A stretch of DNA of 63,433 bases, filler included, from Psammoneis japonica (Eukaryota), in NCBI GenBank assembly GCA_008632985.1. It is 3 parts of 3 records of this genome, joined end to end, with 100 filler letters (N's around TTAATTAATTAA, not from the genome) between each part and the next. Parts side by side here need not be neighbours in the genome. Positions count along the whole stretch, not along the records: positions 25,969 to 51,215 come from QPGO01000429.1; 2 more parts are not named here. One strand, 5' to 3'. The notes beneath the pieces are model-generated. The model searched no databases and had not been told where the DNA came from. It saw nothing but the letters and a program-made list of their open reading frames with translations. Position numbers and translations under genes: made by a program. Of the stretch, positions 36,067 to 47,466 are shown in pieces (position 1 is the stretch's first letter; each line of letters starts with the position of its first letter).

Positions 36067-36230
36067 AGCCCCGACACCAAGGCCAGACACCTGCGGCTCG
36101 CGCCCACGTGTTTTCGGCCTCCCAAGCCAGCATTGCTGGTGGTCTGAATTTGGGTTTTGTGTTTACCTCTCTATGAGAGGATGTTCTAGGTTTAGACGAA
36201 TCGGCGTTGTCACTGCCGTTTCGCGGGGAC

Positions 36231-36412
36231 CGAGTAAATCTGGGTGGAGCGGTCAGTCCCTGGTCCGGGGCTGACGCGCACGAGCTGGTGGTTTGTTCTT
36301 TCCCACAATCTTATACGATCTAATCGATATAGGGTTCTCTTTGGTTTGTCACTACTACTCTTAGGCTTAAGGTACTATCATTACCCCACGCGGCTACATC
36401 GGTATTTATTCG
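36231..36412 (+). repeat. 3' LTR, preceded by the PPT-like GCGGGGAC
   Basis: Direct repeat of 29598-29779. Confidence 0.95.
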
Positions 36413-36765
36413 CAGTACGCTTCGACACATAGATAGAGCAGCAGACAGCAGCCTCGTTTTTTTGTGACAGCTGACAGCCTAAAATCCTGGGAATACCTTG
36501 GTTTGCAATCATCACAACGTTGTGAGAGGTTCGTTGTTTCAGCACACAACAGCCCACCAGTTTTTTTTTCTTCGACAAATCGCTTGTGCATATAATATGA
36601 AGAGCCTACACGGTACCGGATAGGAGTTTTCTGAAGCTGGATGATACAACCGACTGCCCTGTTGTCGCCGTTGATAAGATACCAGCTTCACGGTCGTCGA
36701 CGACTGAGTCTCACTTGGGAGCTTGTATTTCAAGTTTGTAGAAAGTCTAGAGTACCATAGCAACA

Positions 36766-37864
36766 ATGGAGGGGCGTACGTATCCTCGATTGTGGCACGA
36801 ACCGGAGGATGAGCGGGTGTCCGAGCAAACAACTACAAAACGAATCATCCTAGACGAATGCCTTTCCGACATGACGAACCGATTTACGTTGAATCAACCT
36901 CGACCTAAATCTTTGTTCTTCATCTTGAGAAATTCACTGGTTGTTGGGCAAGAGTTTATCTTAGCGTGTCTCTTATTAGAATGGCATCGGATTGAACTCA
37001 AGCTCGAAGACGAAACTCACATGTCAAAGACGGACATTTCAAAGGAAGAACGGAAACAGATGGTGTCACTGGTAATGGTATTGCTTGCATTACTGACTAC
37101 CATATGTTTTGGCAATCTCGGACGCGGTTCCAAAAGGATTCAGAAGCAACGAAAAAGAGACAAACTGAGGATCCGAATGACGGATGCACTCTTACTAGCA
37201 GGTATCTTGAGGCTTCTATCGGCCGTTCTTCGCACGTTGACAGCATCTTATTCCTCAGATACAGTCCACCCTTGCTGTTGGTGGGATGGGTGTTCACTTG
37301 TTCACGTGTGATTACTCATACGCTAATGGTCGAGTCAGCTATCCAGCGAAAAGGCCGTCGAGTCGCAGACCCGTCTTTCAGGGTGGAACTCTCTCGCTGA
37401 ACGCAGCGCTGTTTTCCACCATATTACTTGCATCACGACTGTCTTCCAACTCAATGGTCTATATTTTTATTTCCTCTTCAATCACATTGTTGCTTTCTAC
37501 CCAGAAACACGGCATACAATTGCTGCCCAGCCGCATTCGTTCCTTGGTAAGTAGCTACTAATCCCGCAATGCGTGGGTGTGTATAACGGTGCATCTCACA
37601 GGTTGATGCCAATTCTCTCCAGCAGCCTCCTTTCTCATCACGGCATTTCTCTCACTTGCATCACTAGCGCTGCTTGCTAGTGTCGCAGAACAGGTGGCAT
37701 TCGTTGCAACAATCGTTTTCATCTGCATTGTTGCTCCAGTTTGGAAGTATTGGTTGCAGTCATCCAAAAGGATTATCGCAGGGCCTTGGGACATTGCCCA
37801 CGTGTCAATCCAGAACCAAGAGTTGCAGGCCGAGATGCATGACTCTGACAAAAAGAAGCAATAG
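36766..37864 (+). CDS. PIGC: Phosphatidylinositol N-acetylglucosaminyltransferase subunit C (GPI2/PIG-C), with apparent frameshifts
   Basis: LSAVLRTLTASYSSDTV, HLFTCDYSY, LSLNAALFSTILLASRL and C-terminal KRIIAGPWD, spread over different frames. Confidence 0.85.
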
Positions 37865-37912
37865 CAAAAATTCCTCCGATTGTAATTCCTATCGTGTAGC
37901 AAAATCGAATCT

Positions 37913-38512
37913 TCAGCACAGATCAAATCTAGCCAGTTCTTTCCACGATGGAACTCCTTCCAAAGAAGCGGGGTAAGTTGACCAGAGAGCAACTTGTGCC
38001 GCTTCAAAATCGGGGGGTGCGGCTACCTGTTCCAAAGGTGGTGCGTTTGCCTTTCCATGGAAAAATGAATAGTGCGGTTCGTATAACGGTGGCCTGAAAC
38101 TGAATTCCTCTTTCAATTCAAGAGTTTCTCGTACTTTCTGTATCAATCGCATGAACGCATCGGATTTCTCCATGACGCAAATGCATGCTTGATTCCATAC
38201 GAGAGAGTCGTCGTCCTCGTACAAACTTAATACCTCCTTTCGAAAGCGACATGGTACAGGTCCAGTATCAGAGAGTGCTGACTTTAATTTACAGCGCCAT
38301 TCATCGAGTTGTTCGGGAGATTCACAGGGAACACCTCCAACCACAGTGACGTGCGGCTCAAACGGATGACTTTTTTCGTTGGACTTTGCGTACTTGACAA
38401 TCTGCTGAGACAACGAGTGGCGGAGATGAGGTGGAGGTAACAGCCAGAGTGAAACCTTCATGTAGAGTTCAGTTTCTTCGTTAGAATCTGTAGCCGCCTT
38501 TGGGATCGTCAT
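37913..38512 (-). CDS. 2H-family cyclic phosphodiesterase (CPDase-like)
   Basis: Intact 199-aa ORF with SLWLLPP, FEPHVTV and EPHYSF (two HxT/S motifs). Confidence 0.85.
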   Translation of the reverse strand: MTIPKAATDSNEETELYMKVSLWLLPPPHLRHSLSQQIVKYAKSNEKSHPFEPHVTVVGGVPCESPEQLDEWRCKLKSALSDTGPVPCRFRKEVLSLYEDDDSLVWNQACICVMEKSDAFMRLIQKVRETLELKEEFSFRPPLYEPHYSFFHGKANAPPLEQVAAPPDFEAAQVALWSTYPASLEGVPSWKELARFDLC

Positions 38513-38901
38513 GGAGGATTGTTTCGATTGTTTACAATGTGCGGCTTTGTTTCATGGTCTCTTGCTCGTCGCACTGATTCGTGGCTCGTGTTGGTGGTCG
38601 TGCCTGCCGCGTGGGTCGTGGTTCGCGCGATATTGCGCGAAACTCGAGGGCAAATTTTACTTCATATCTCTTTGTATGATGCATAAATTTTAAAATATAT
38701 ATATGTTTTTGATGAAACTGAATGTGATAGACTATCGAAAACTTAATAGTGATATAAAACAACGTACTGATGATTTGCGTAGTTTTCTACATCCGAATCT
38801 GTCAGTACGCACATCGGATGTTGGTATTGTGCCAGCAGGATTCGAGTTTAGCGGAAAAGTAGTGAGGCAACACACGCACATGAACATCACAAGCAACGCA
38901 A

Positions 38902-41538
38902 ATGGCGCTCCGAGCTTTTCGTTCCAACCCGTCCCTCGGCGGCTTTGGTGGGGAGAGTCAACATCACATCTCTATTGACAATCCTGATAATAATGACGCA
39001 TCGGTGATTGAGAAAGACTGCGACGCCTTTGCGCAGATTGTGAAAGAGCTCGTCGACAATGCTGTTGACGCCACCGCCGCCGCTTGTCAAGACAATGGCG
39101 AACCCAAAAGAGTACGCGTCGTTATTCGAGAGCTTCAAGATGACATTCGAGAAGATTCACACTCTGGATCCACCGAGCAAGTTCTGCGGGTTACCCGTGA
39201 TCGATAATGGGTGCGGAATCAAAAACATCGAGGAGTGTGTCGATGCGTTTCACTCGAGCAAAGTACAACACCCACCCGACGACTCTCATCCTGCGAAGAA
39301 TGACAGCCAAAGACAGACTGCTGGTCGATATGGTATCGGTCTCACTCTATGCCTTCTCCATGCGCAGCGGCTTGTTCCGAACTCGTATTCTTCAATCACC
39401 TCAGCGACATCTACCGCGTCCCAGTACACGAGAGCAAGCTATGTTGTCGACGTAGAAAAAGACACCATTCAGTGCGACAAGATAGAACTCATACCAAAAA
39501 AGTCTCCGGAGGAGAGCGGTACTGCTGTCAGTGTCCTCGTGCCGGTAGGTCGAGCAAGCAACAAAAAATACAGTTTCTCCATGAAAATGATATCTTACAA
39601 TCGCTTCTTTTTTCTTTCGTGAAACAATACACTACCAGGGAGGAAAGACGGCTCTGCACGCTTGGCCGCGACTGGCGGAATATTTTGCTCGGTTTCAACT
39701 CAGTCTGGGTCTCAATTGCAGCTTGGAAGTGCTCGCACCTTCTTTGTCGGCTGTCCCTCTCTACATTCGCCCATCGACGGAGAGGACCGAGGATACGGTG
39801 CTACATGAACGACTCAGCGATGCTGACAAATCAGTCGATGAAACCCGTGATTGCTCTTCTCACAAGAGTCAAGAAGAACATGATTTCTGGACAGACCTTA
39901 CAACATTGCACGAAGACGAAGGAACTAGCCAGAAGTATCGTCACGAATCATCCGCCAAGCAAGGCGGTGACAAAGATGACGGCGGTATGGCATCGACACT
40001 GGAGGATTCGGAAGAAAGCAATCATCGTAGCAAGTCAGCTAAAAGTAAGGATGACGCCATTCTCGCACGTCGTCGAGAGCTTCGTTCAGCGGCCTCATCA
40101 TACCTGTCGTCGGAGGTTTTGCTCAAAAATGTTGCCCATGCGATGCAACCTATTCGATCGAGCAGCGGATGCAAAGATACAACTGAAAGACCAATGCTTG
40201 AGATAGACATGATTGTCTTTCAGTCTGATGACAGGGGAGACATTGATTCTGTAAATGACGAAGATTCGGTGGCTTTGGATCCCGACAAGAACTCAGACAT
40301 TGCGACTAGAAGCGCTAATCTCATGCTTGTTCGGATGGTGAATCGAGTGCCACTACTTGATGGCGCCGAAGCTTCGGCTTGCGGGCTTGTCCGAGGTTTG
40401 TGCTGGAAACAATCCATTTGGAATTCGTTTGGCTTGCATATTGCTCCTACGGATGAGAATAACGAGACCAGCAGACAAAGCGCTCCGACATCAAGGATGT
40501 CAGAGAACAACAAAGTGCCTTCGGCACCTCCTTTGTTGAAGCAACTATTCGTACCAACGTACGCTGTGAGAGATAGCGATCAGGTAGCTCCATTCTTTGA
40601 ACGAAGTACGCATGCGCAACTTGAAGAAAGTGATATCGACGATGCCTGTAGTCTAGATGACGACGAGCAAAACACCGACGTGGAGGACGAAGGCCCTGGC
40701 CAGAAACGAAAACGAGGCAGAGCTCAAGTGCTACTACCCGTGAATGTACGCATAGGGAACATTCTGGTGATTGCGCAGATACATGCAAAACCCTCGTCAC
40801 TGCCACTGCCAACACTTTCAAAGGTAAGGAAAAAAGGGAGTCTTGGTCGTGTTTTGCAACGTCGTCACCATACAATGTCGCCTCAACAATTTTGATTGCG
40901 ATTTGACTTGCGCCACCAAGGGGCGACTTCCAATGAATGACAAATCCATTAGCGACGCCCTTGAACTCGGACTTCTTTCCTGCCTGAGAAGCCTGCAGAC
41001 GACGAACCCGACATTACTCCTTACGACACTGCAGCTAAAGGAGACGGAACGCGACGCCCGATACATACCAGCGGTCGCAGTAGCAATCGCATCGATCGCA
41101 AGCAAATCGAAAAACGACTCTCTTCGGAGCTCAATAGCGGAATCAGTTCAAAACTGGGGAAATCTCGACGCAAGGGAGGAAGACAACGAAACGACTTCCA
41201 TCTCAGAGTATGAATCATCCCGTGCACCAGCGATGCCAATTTCCAAGCTATTCCGCGTAGCCACGATGGGGCGGATTGTCGAAGAACAGCTTCGTCACAT
41301 ATGCCGAGTCGGCAAACGTAAGAAGAAGCAAGGTGGTGAAAACAAGAGGAAGAGTAGCGAGACTGAAGGAAATAGCAACAGCAAAGAGTATGCTGAACTC
41401 GATGACTTTATTGGTGCTGATGGGTCTTCTATCAGCGATTCGATCAGTGAAAGTAGCTGTGATGAGAGTAACTCGCAACCCCGTGGGAGAGTCTTGGAAG
41501 AGTGGGAAGACCCGTTTGACGACAACGACTCGTGGTAG
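38902..41538 (+). CDS. TOP6B: DNA topoisomerase VI subunit B-like GHKL ATPase, multi-exon with an apparent frameshift
   Basis: QIVKELVDNAVDA, DNGCGI, TAGRYGIGL, SGTAVSV and VRMVNRVPLL..ACGL. Introns near 39545-39638 and 40824-40920. Confidence 0.8.
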
Positions 41539-41693
41539 TCACAAGAGAAGCCTAAATCACGGCAGAGTAGCTTCGGTATCTTCGCAGTAGGGAAAGGACG
41601 CCAATCGTAGTTTACAGACGTAAACAAGAGTCGGAAGAATGGCAGGGCATAACTTGAGAAGTAAATGCTAGTAGAACTGAGTCAACGAGTCAT

Positions 41694-41860
41694 TCATGAC
41701 AAAATACCGCGCTCAATGCCCCAAGCGTTGCCCTTGGGGCACTTTTGCTTCACAACAGCCGCATCAATGGCCTCACGTTCCGCTGCTGTGAGTTCGATGG
41801 AGTGTGTCTGACATTTCTCAACGATATGGTCCTTGTTGCGAACACCAATAGTGATGGAGG
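41694..41860 (-). pseudogene. Possible C-terminal fragment of an aldo/keto reductase
   Basis: IGVRNKDHIVE..IELTAAEREAIDA..PKGNAWGIERG. No upstream domain is seen. Confidence 0.35.
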
Positions 41861-42335
41861 AACACATTTTTGGCCAGTCACAAGATGTCATTGCACAAGA
41901 CGATACTCGAGCACACATTAGAAACAAGTGATGATAACAAGCGCTGCTTGCTTGTTATGTAGTGAGATGAAGACTCTGATTGTGGCAACTCAGGGCCCTA
42001 ACTTCTTTTATAGTAACTACGTCAACGCACAAGTATGTATTCGCAAACATTGTCGCGGCACACCAAGTTGACACCACATTCATTGTCGCTGCAGCAACAT
42101 GCAATCTTCTAATTTTAATCACTATCGTTCTAAACTTCAAGCTTCGATCTAGTTTCCCCCGTTTCGTTGGTCGTTTTGTAGGGAATTCAGGAGGAGTTGG
42201 CGAAGCAAAGTATCAATGTATTATATGTAGATGCGCAAGAGCGAATAACTTACGCAGCCGATGCAGTTACACTGGAGGCTGTTTCCGAAGCCATCGCCCG
42301 CTTGATCTCACTCTCAAGAGCTTTAAAGTCCTTGT

Positions 42336-45054
42336 TTAGATGTAGCTTCTTCTCAGCCTCTGCAACAATATGAATCGCGGTGAAACTGAATCCGGCGTAA
42401 GCGAGATGGAGTCGATTCCTTGTTCCACAAGAAACGCGGCAAACTCAGGCTTGTCACTAGGAGCTTGTCCGCAAAGACCAACAGGTATGCCATTACGGTG
42501 CGAACCAGCAATCGCTTCTTGAATGGCTGACTTTACCGCCGGGTTTTCCTCATCAAAGAGGCTCGCTAGTTCACCACTGTCGCGGTCTACGCCGAGAACG
42601 AGCTGGGTCAAGTCGTTGGATCCAATGGAAAAGCCATCAAAGAGAGCAGCAAAGTCATCAATGGCTAGGACGTTGGCAGGAATCTCACACATGCACCAAA
42701 CTTTAAGACCGTTTTGTCCTTGTTTCAATCCCTTCTTGGCGAGAATGTCAATCACGTTCTTCGCTTCTGCCGTTGTACGACAAAAGGGAACCATAAGTTC
42801 CACATTATCAGGCCCATTTCATTGCGAACATAAGATAGAGCCTCGCATTCAAGCTCAAAGGCATCTTTAAACTTGGGGTGGAGATATCGCGCAGCTCCAC
42901 GAAGTCCCAGCATTGGATTTTCCTCATCCGGTTCAAAGTATTCACCACCCACGAGACGACAGTACTCGTTTGATTTGAAGTCGCCGAGACGGACAATGAC
43001 CGGGCGAGGATAAAAGGCGGCAGCAATGCTTCCAATACCTTCAGAAAGCTTTCGAACGAAGAAGTGCCTGGGCTGGGGTCGTTCTTGGCTTTTTCCTGAA
43101 TTACCACAAGAGCCTCCTCGTTCACTCGATCGGGAAAGAGTACCGCATTCGGATGAATGCCAATGTGGTTCGCAACCACAAATTCTTGGCGCACTAGTCC
43201 AACTCCAGCGACCGGTAGATGAGCATGTGCAAGAGCGGAATCGGGGTCTCCCAGGATGAGCTTTACCTTGGTCTTGGGCTTTGGAAGATCCTCAATGCTA
43301 AACTCGTGTGCTGAATATCAGCAACTCCTTGATGGATGCGTCCCTTGCTGCCGTTGGAACAGTCTACCGTGTATAATTTGCCAGTTTCGAGTTTCTCTGT
43401 GGCATCTTTTGTGCCAACAATGCACGGCACGCCCAATTCTCGACTTACAATTGCAGCATGACAAGTGCGGCCGCCGCGATTTGTAACGACGGCTGATGCC
43501 ATGCGAATGGCAGGTACCCAGTCTGGGTCGGTAATGTCAGCCACGAGTATTTCTCCCTTTCTCATTTGAGAAATATCGGCAAGATCATGAATCACTCGTA
43601 CTTTTCCGCTGGCTGCACTAGAACCAATGGCTGTGCCATCGAGAACTGCTTGGCCTTGATGTCGAACCACTGTCTGGGTGAGCGCTTCCTGATGCTGACG
43701 AGACTTTACAGTTTCTGGTCTGGCTTGCACAATATAAAGCTTCCCCGTGATTCCATCCTTTGCCCACTCAATGTCCATTGTGTGGGGTGTCCATGAAGCT
43801 TACTGTAGTGATTTTCAATGTCCACGCACCACTTTGCAAGGGTCTTGGCATCTTCATCGGTAAAACAGGCTTTACCTTGGTCGGCTAGAGAGGTCTCTAT
43901 GGTTTTCGTCCGTTCATGAGGAGAGTCGTAGGAATAAATAATGGACGTCTGCTTACGTCCAATACGGCGATTGATAATGGGGTCCTTTGCTTTTCCAATC
44001 ATTGGCTTGAACAATTGGATTTCATCGGGATCCACCTTTCCGCCAACGACGGACTCTCCTAGGCCATACGAGCCGGTAATGACAACAACGTTGCGAAATC
44101 CCGTATCAGGATCGAGTGTAAAGGCAACACCCGAACTTGCGACATCACTCCGCACCATTAACTGAACGGCTACCGCACCCTTGATCTTCATGTGGTCAAA
44201 TTGGTTGTGTACACGGTAGGTAATGGCGCGATCGGTGAATACCGAGGCCAGGCACTCCAGGACGGCATCCGCCACGGCTTTTCCTCCAACCACGTTCAAA
44301 AACGAGGCTTGCTGCCCAGCAAAGGATGCTGTCGGCAAGTCTTCGGCGGTTGCCGAGCTTCTTACGGCAACGGAAACTTCCGTGTCGTCGGAGCACATGC
44401 TTTTGTATGCCGCTTCAATGTCTTGGATAATGTCTTTCTGCATGGGTGCCACAATTGCATCATACTGTCAGTGTAAGCTAAAAAGAGTCATGCAGTTGCA
44501 AGAAGAGTAGGATTTTGTTTTCTTACCGGTAGACCTTCCTCCATAATCATGCGACGCGCTTTGCTGCCACGAGCAGCAAGGTCGTCAATGTCAGAGACTA
44601 ATGCAAATAGGAATAAAAAGACTGAGTGAGGCCACTCTAATTTCTCTCGATAGAACATTCAAAAAGCACCAGAGAGCCCACATGTTCATCACATACCATC
44701 AAGATCATTCAAGAGAAGATTTAGTCGTTCTCGCAGTTTGTTTTGATCGAGAACCGCATCGTAAGCGCTGGATGTCACGGCAAATCCCCCAGGAACTTGC
44801 ACCCCAAGTGGCATCAATTCTTGAAGGAGCTCACCAAGAGAAGACGTCTTTCCACCGACCCTCGGCAAATCACAGAGACGGAGTTGATCAAGTGGAATAC
44901 AAAACTCGTCGTTTAAGGCATTCTCGTTTTTATTGTTCACGAGAAAAGCGCTTGTCCGCGCGAGTGTCGACATGGTCCGTGTGCGTCTCACGGCAATGGG
45001 ACTAAAGGCGGACGCACAAGAGGCAAGAGTTACGAGTAGAATTGCAGTCTTCAT
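42336..45054 (-). CDS. ppsA: Plastid-targeted phosphoenolpyruvate synthase (pyruvate,water dikinase), with introns and at least 4 apparent frameshifts
   Basis: Presequence [19 protein letters not shown], then [84 protein letters not shown] and LCGQAPSD. Confidence 0.92.
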
Positions 45055-45329
45055 GGTTTCCGTTCATCTGTCATTTTCATTGCATATCTTTTTTGAGAAC
45101 CTCGTTCAAAGCCGCTTCTCATAACAATCAAAAAGATTCATTTCGAAACGAACAGACATGCAAGACATCATCATCCATCATCAGTCGTGACAGCAGGTGG
45201 CGTGTCGATTTTGTGAGGCGCGATTGGTCCGATTTTGCCATTTCGGAACCCCCTAATAACACATGACGTCATATTCTAACGGCGCGACTTCGCAGTGACG
45301 TCAGAAATGTCGGATTTGTGTTTCGCTCG

Positions 45330-47075
45330 GACCAAGGCTTGCGCAACGGTGAGACTGAGCTGGGGTGGTGGCGTGATGGGTGAGGCCAAAATGGGTGGAT
45401 GTGGCACTGTTCCAGGTGGCTCTGGCAGCAGGGAAGAGACCCATGGGAAAGTGGGGCATGGACACACTCGCACAGGCAGGTGCTGGAAAGAGGACTCTGA
45501 CTGCTGATGTCCAGCCAGGGCAGAAATGGGGTGGGGTGTTCTTGGTTGGATCCAAAGCAGAGGCAGTGAGAGCAAAGCAGCCAGGTGTGCCAAATTGGTC
45601 AATGGCAGTTGACAAAGGGCACACAAGGCAGATGCCAATGTGTGCTGTGTTTTCATGTGATGCTGACAATTGGTTCAAGAAAATGGCCAGCCGCGACCAA
45701 GTTTCAGAAGCTTTGCTTCATCATGAAAAGACGCTTTTGTGGACCCATCAACATGACATGCAATGGTTGGTGTTGGAATTCTGACAATGCATTGACCCTG
45801 TTGAAAATGTTTTCAGTGACATTGTGATGTCAACATGTGGCATGGAAGACTGAGCAAGGTCAGCAGCATTGTGGCGTGACAGTTGACGTGGCTGGAGCCC
45901 AAGAAGGACTTGCCCTGAATGTGTTTCTTTGGATGCACGAAATGCAAATGACATGTTGGCCCTGTTGGAAGTTGCTTTGACAGTGTTGTGACAAACACAA
46001 CCAGTGTGGATGACTCAGCAGAGCTTAAATTGGTGGCATGACAGTGAAGTCAGCCTCAGCCCAAGGAGAGCTTGTTGTGAAAATGTTGCTCTGTGGATGC
46101 AGGAACTGTGGCTGGTTGCTTTGTCATTCTTTTCTCCATGCTGCAGCAGTTTGGAGAGCTCTTTTTGGCAGCAACCAATTTGGGCAAGGACCCAGAGATC
46201 TTGGCCCTGTGCATTTGAAAGACTCTGCCGCTGCTCCCAGAAGAAGAAGCGCAGAGGGCATTCCGAGAATCCTGCAGAGCTGGTCTGGACTCTCACCCTG
46301 CAAACAAATCAAAGCAGCTGCACATTTTCATCACCAGCTTTCCCAATTGTGGCATGACTTCTCTGCTTTGTGCCTTTGAGGACCAAAAGGAAACTGAGAT
46401 CAGGGGTGGGGAAAACTGCATCATTTTGCCAACCCCAATCTAGCTGACATGGATGCAAGGGCCAAACTGGACGATGCACTCACTGCATCACCCAACACTG
46501 AAGACTCATCCCTTGAGAGCATCATCAAATGTCCAAGTGGTGCAAGATGACACCATGCGATTGACCGTCTGAGTTTCCACTCCCCAGACGTGTGCATTGT
46601 GATTGGCACTTGGCATCCTGTCAAGCACCTCCAGTGCTTCCACAACTGTTGTGTTGCGGAAGCTTGCCCCAAATGTGAGAAAGATGAGCATGTCCCTTTG
46701 GTGGAAGACCTTGTTGGATCCATGGATTGGAAGGGTGCATCAACCAACAGTGCCAGGCTTGAGCCATTTTTTATGCAGCTGGGAAAGGCAGACATGTCTC
46801 CACATGAGATGCAGTCAGGAGCTGTCGAGCCAGAAAAACGTAGCTGTAACAAAATCAACAGCCAAGATGTTCTTGCACTCCCTTGAACAGCTTGAAGACA
46901 GTGACGAGAAGTGCAGTGCCGTAGAGACTTCCGACAGGACATGCACAACTTCCTTCAGTTGGAGGAGCAACTTGAGCCCTTTCAAAATTAACACAAAAAC
47001 CACTTTGTGGGCGTCAAAGCATTTTCAGAAACCATCGATATCTGCAATGAAGACTTTGACCACATTCGAGGGCCA
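45330..47075. mobile_element. Unclassified degenerate repeat island
   Basis: Abrupt loss of TA and CG between two normal genes. Only short Cys/His/Trp-rich ORFs. Confidence 0.45.
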
Positions 47076-47466
47076 ATAGTTTATCAGGGAAAGACGACAC
47101 AAGAACGGACAACAAGTCGGTTTCTCTCCAATCCTGACGTGTTGCAGGAAACAGAGAGCATTTTCTGCGTTTGCTCGACCCTTGCATTCGTGGAGAATCT
47201 GAACTTTCCTTCAACGCCGCAGCGCCCGAACCTTCGTTGGATTAACAGAGCCGTGCATTACGCATTTTGCGGATGAAGATATCATAGTCTATACAATAGG
47301 AGTAGACGCACCGCACATGACCTATTATAAGGTAACATTTAAAGCAAATGCAGTTTGGCCGAATGAAGGACACAGTACTGTCGCAAAGTATTCAAGCGCT
47401 TGAATGGTATACAATAGAAAAACGTTCTCCAGGACAACGTCCATGGAACTACCTTTCTAATCCTCT

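Larger units (their letters stand above)
29598..36412 (+). mobile_element. Near-full-length Ty1/Copia (CoDi-like) LTR retrotransposon, inactivated
   Basis: Two 182-bp LTRs, a PBS-like site, gag, PR-IN-RT-RH in Copia order, and a PPT. Internal N gap at 32629-32786. Confidence 0.95.

Noticed and set aside
29598..36412. ADAR-type RNA hyper-editing or reverse-transcriptase error as the cause of the A->G changes
   Set aside because: Both A->G and T->C occur on the same strand, and a DNA transposon, a satellite and a host gene fragment are equally affected.
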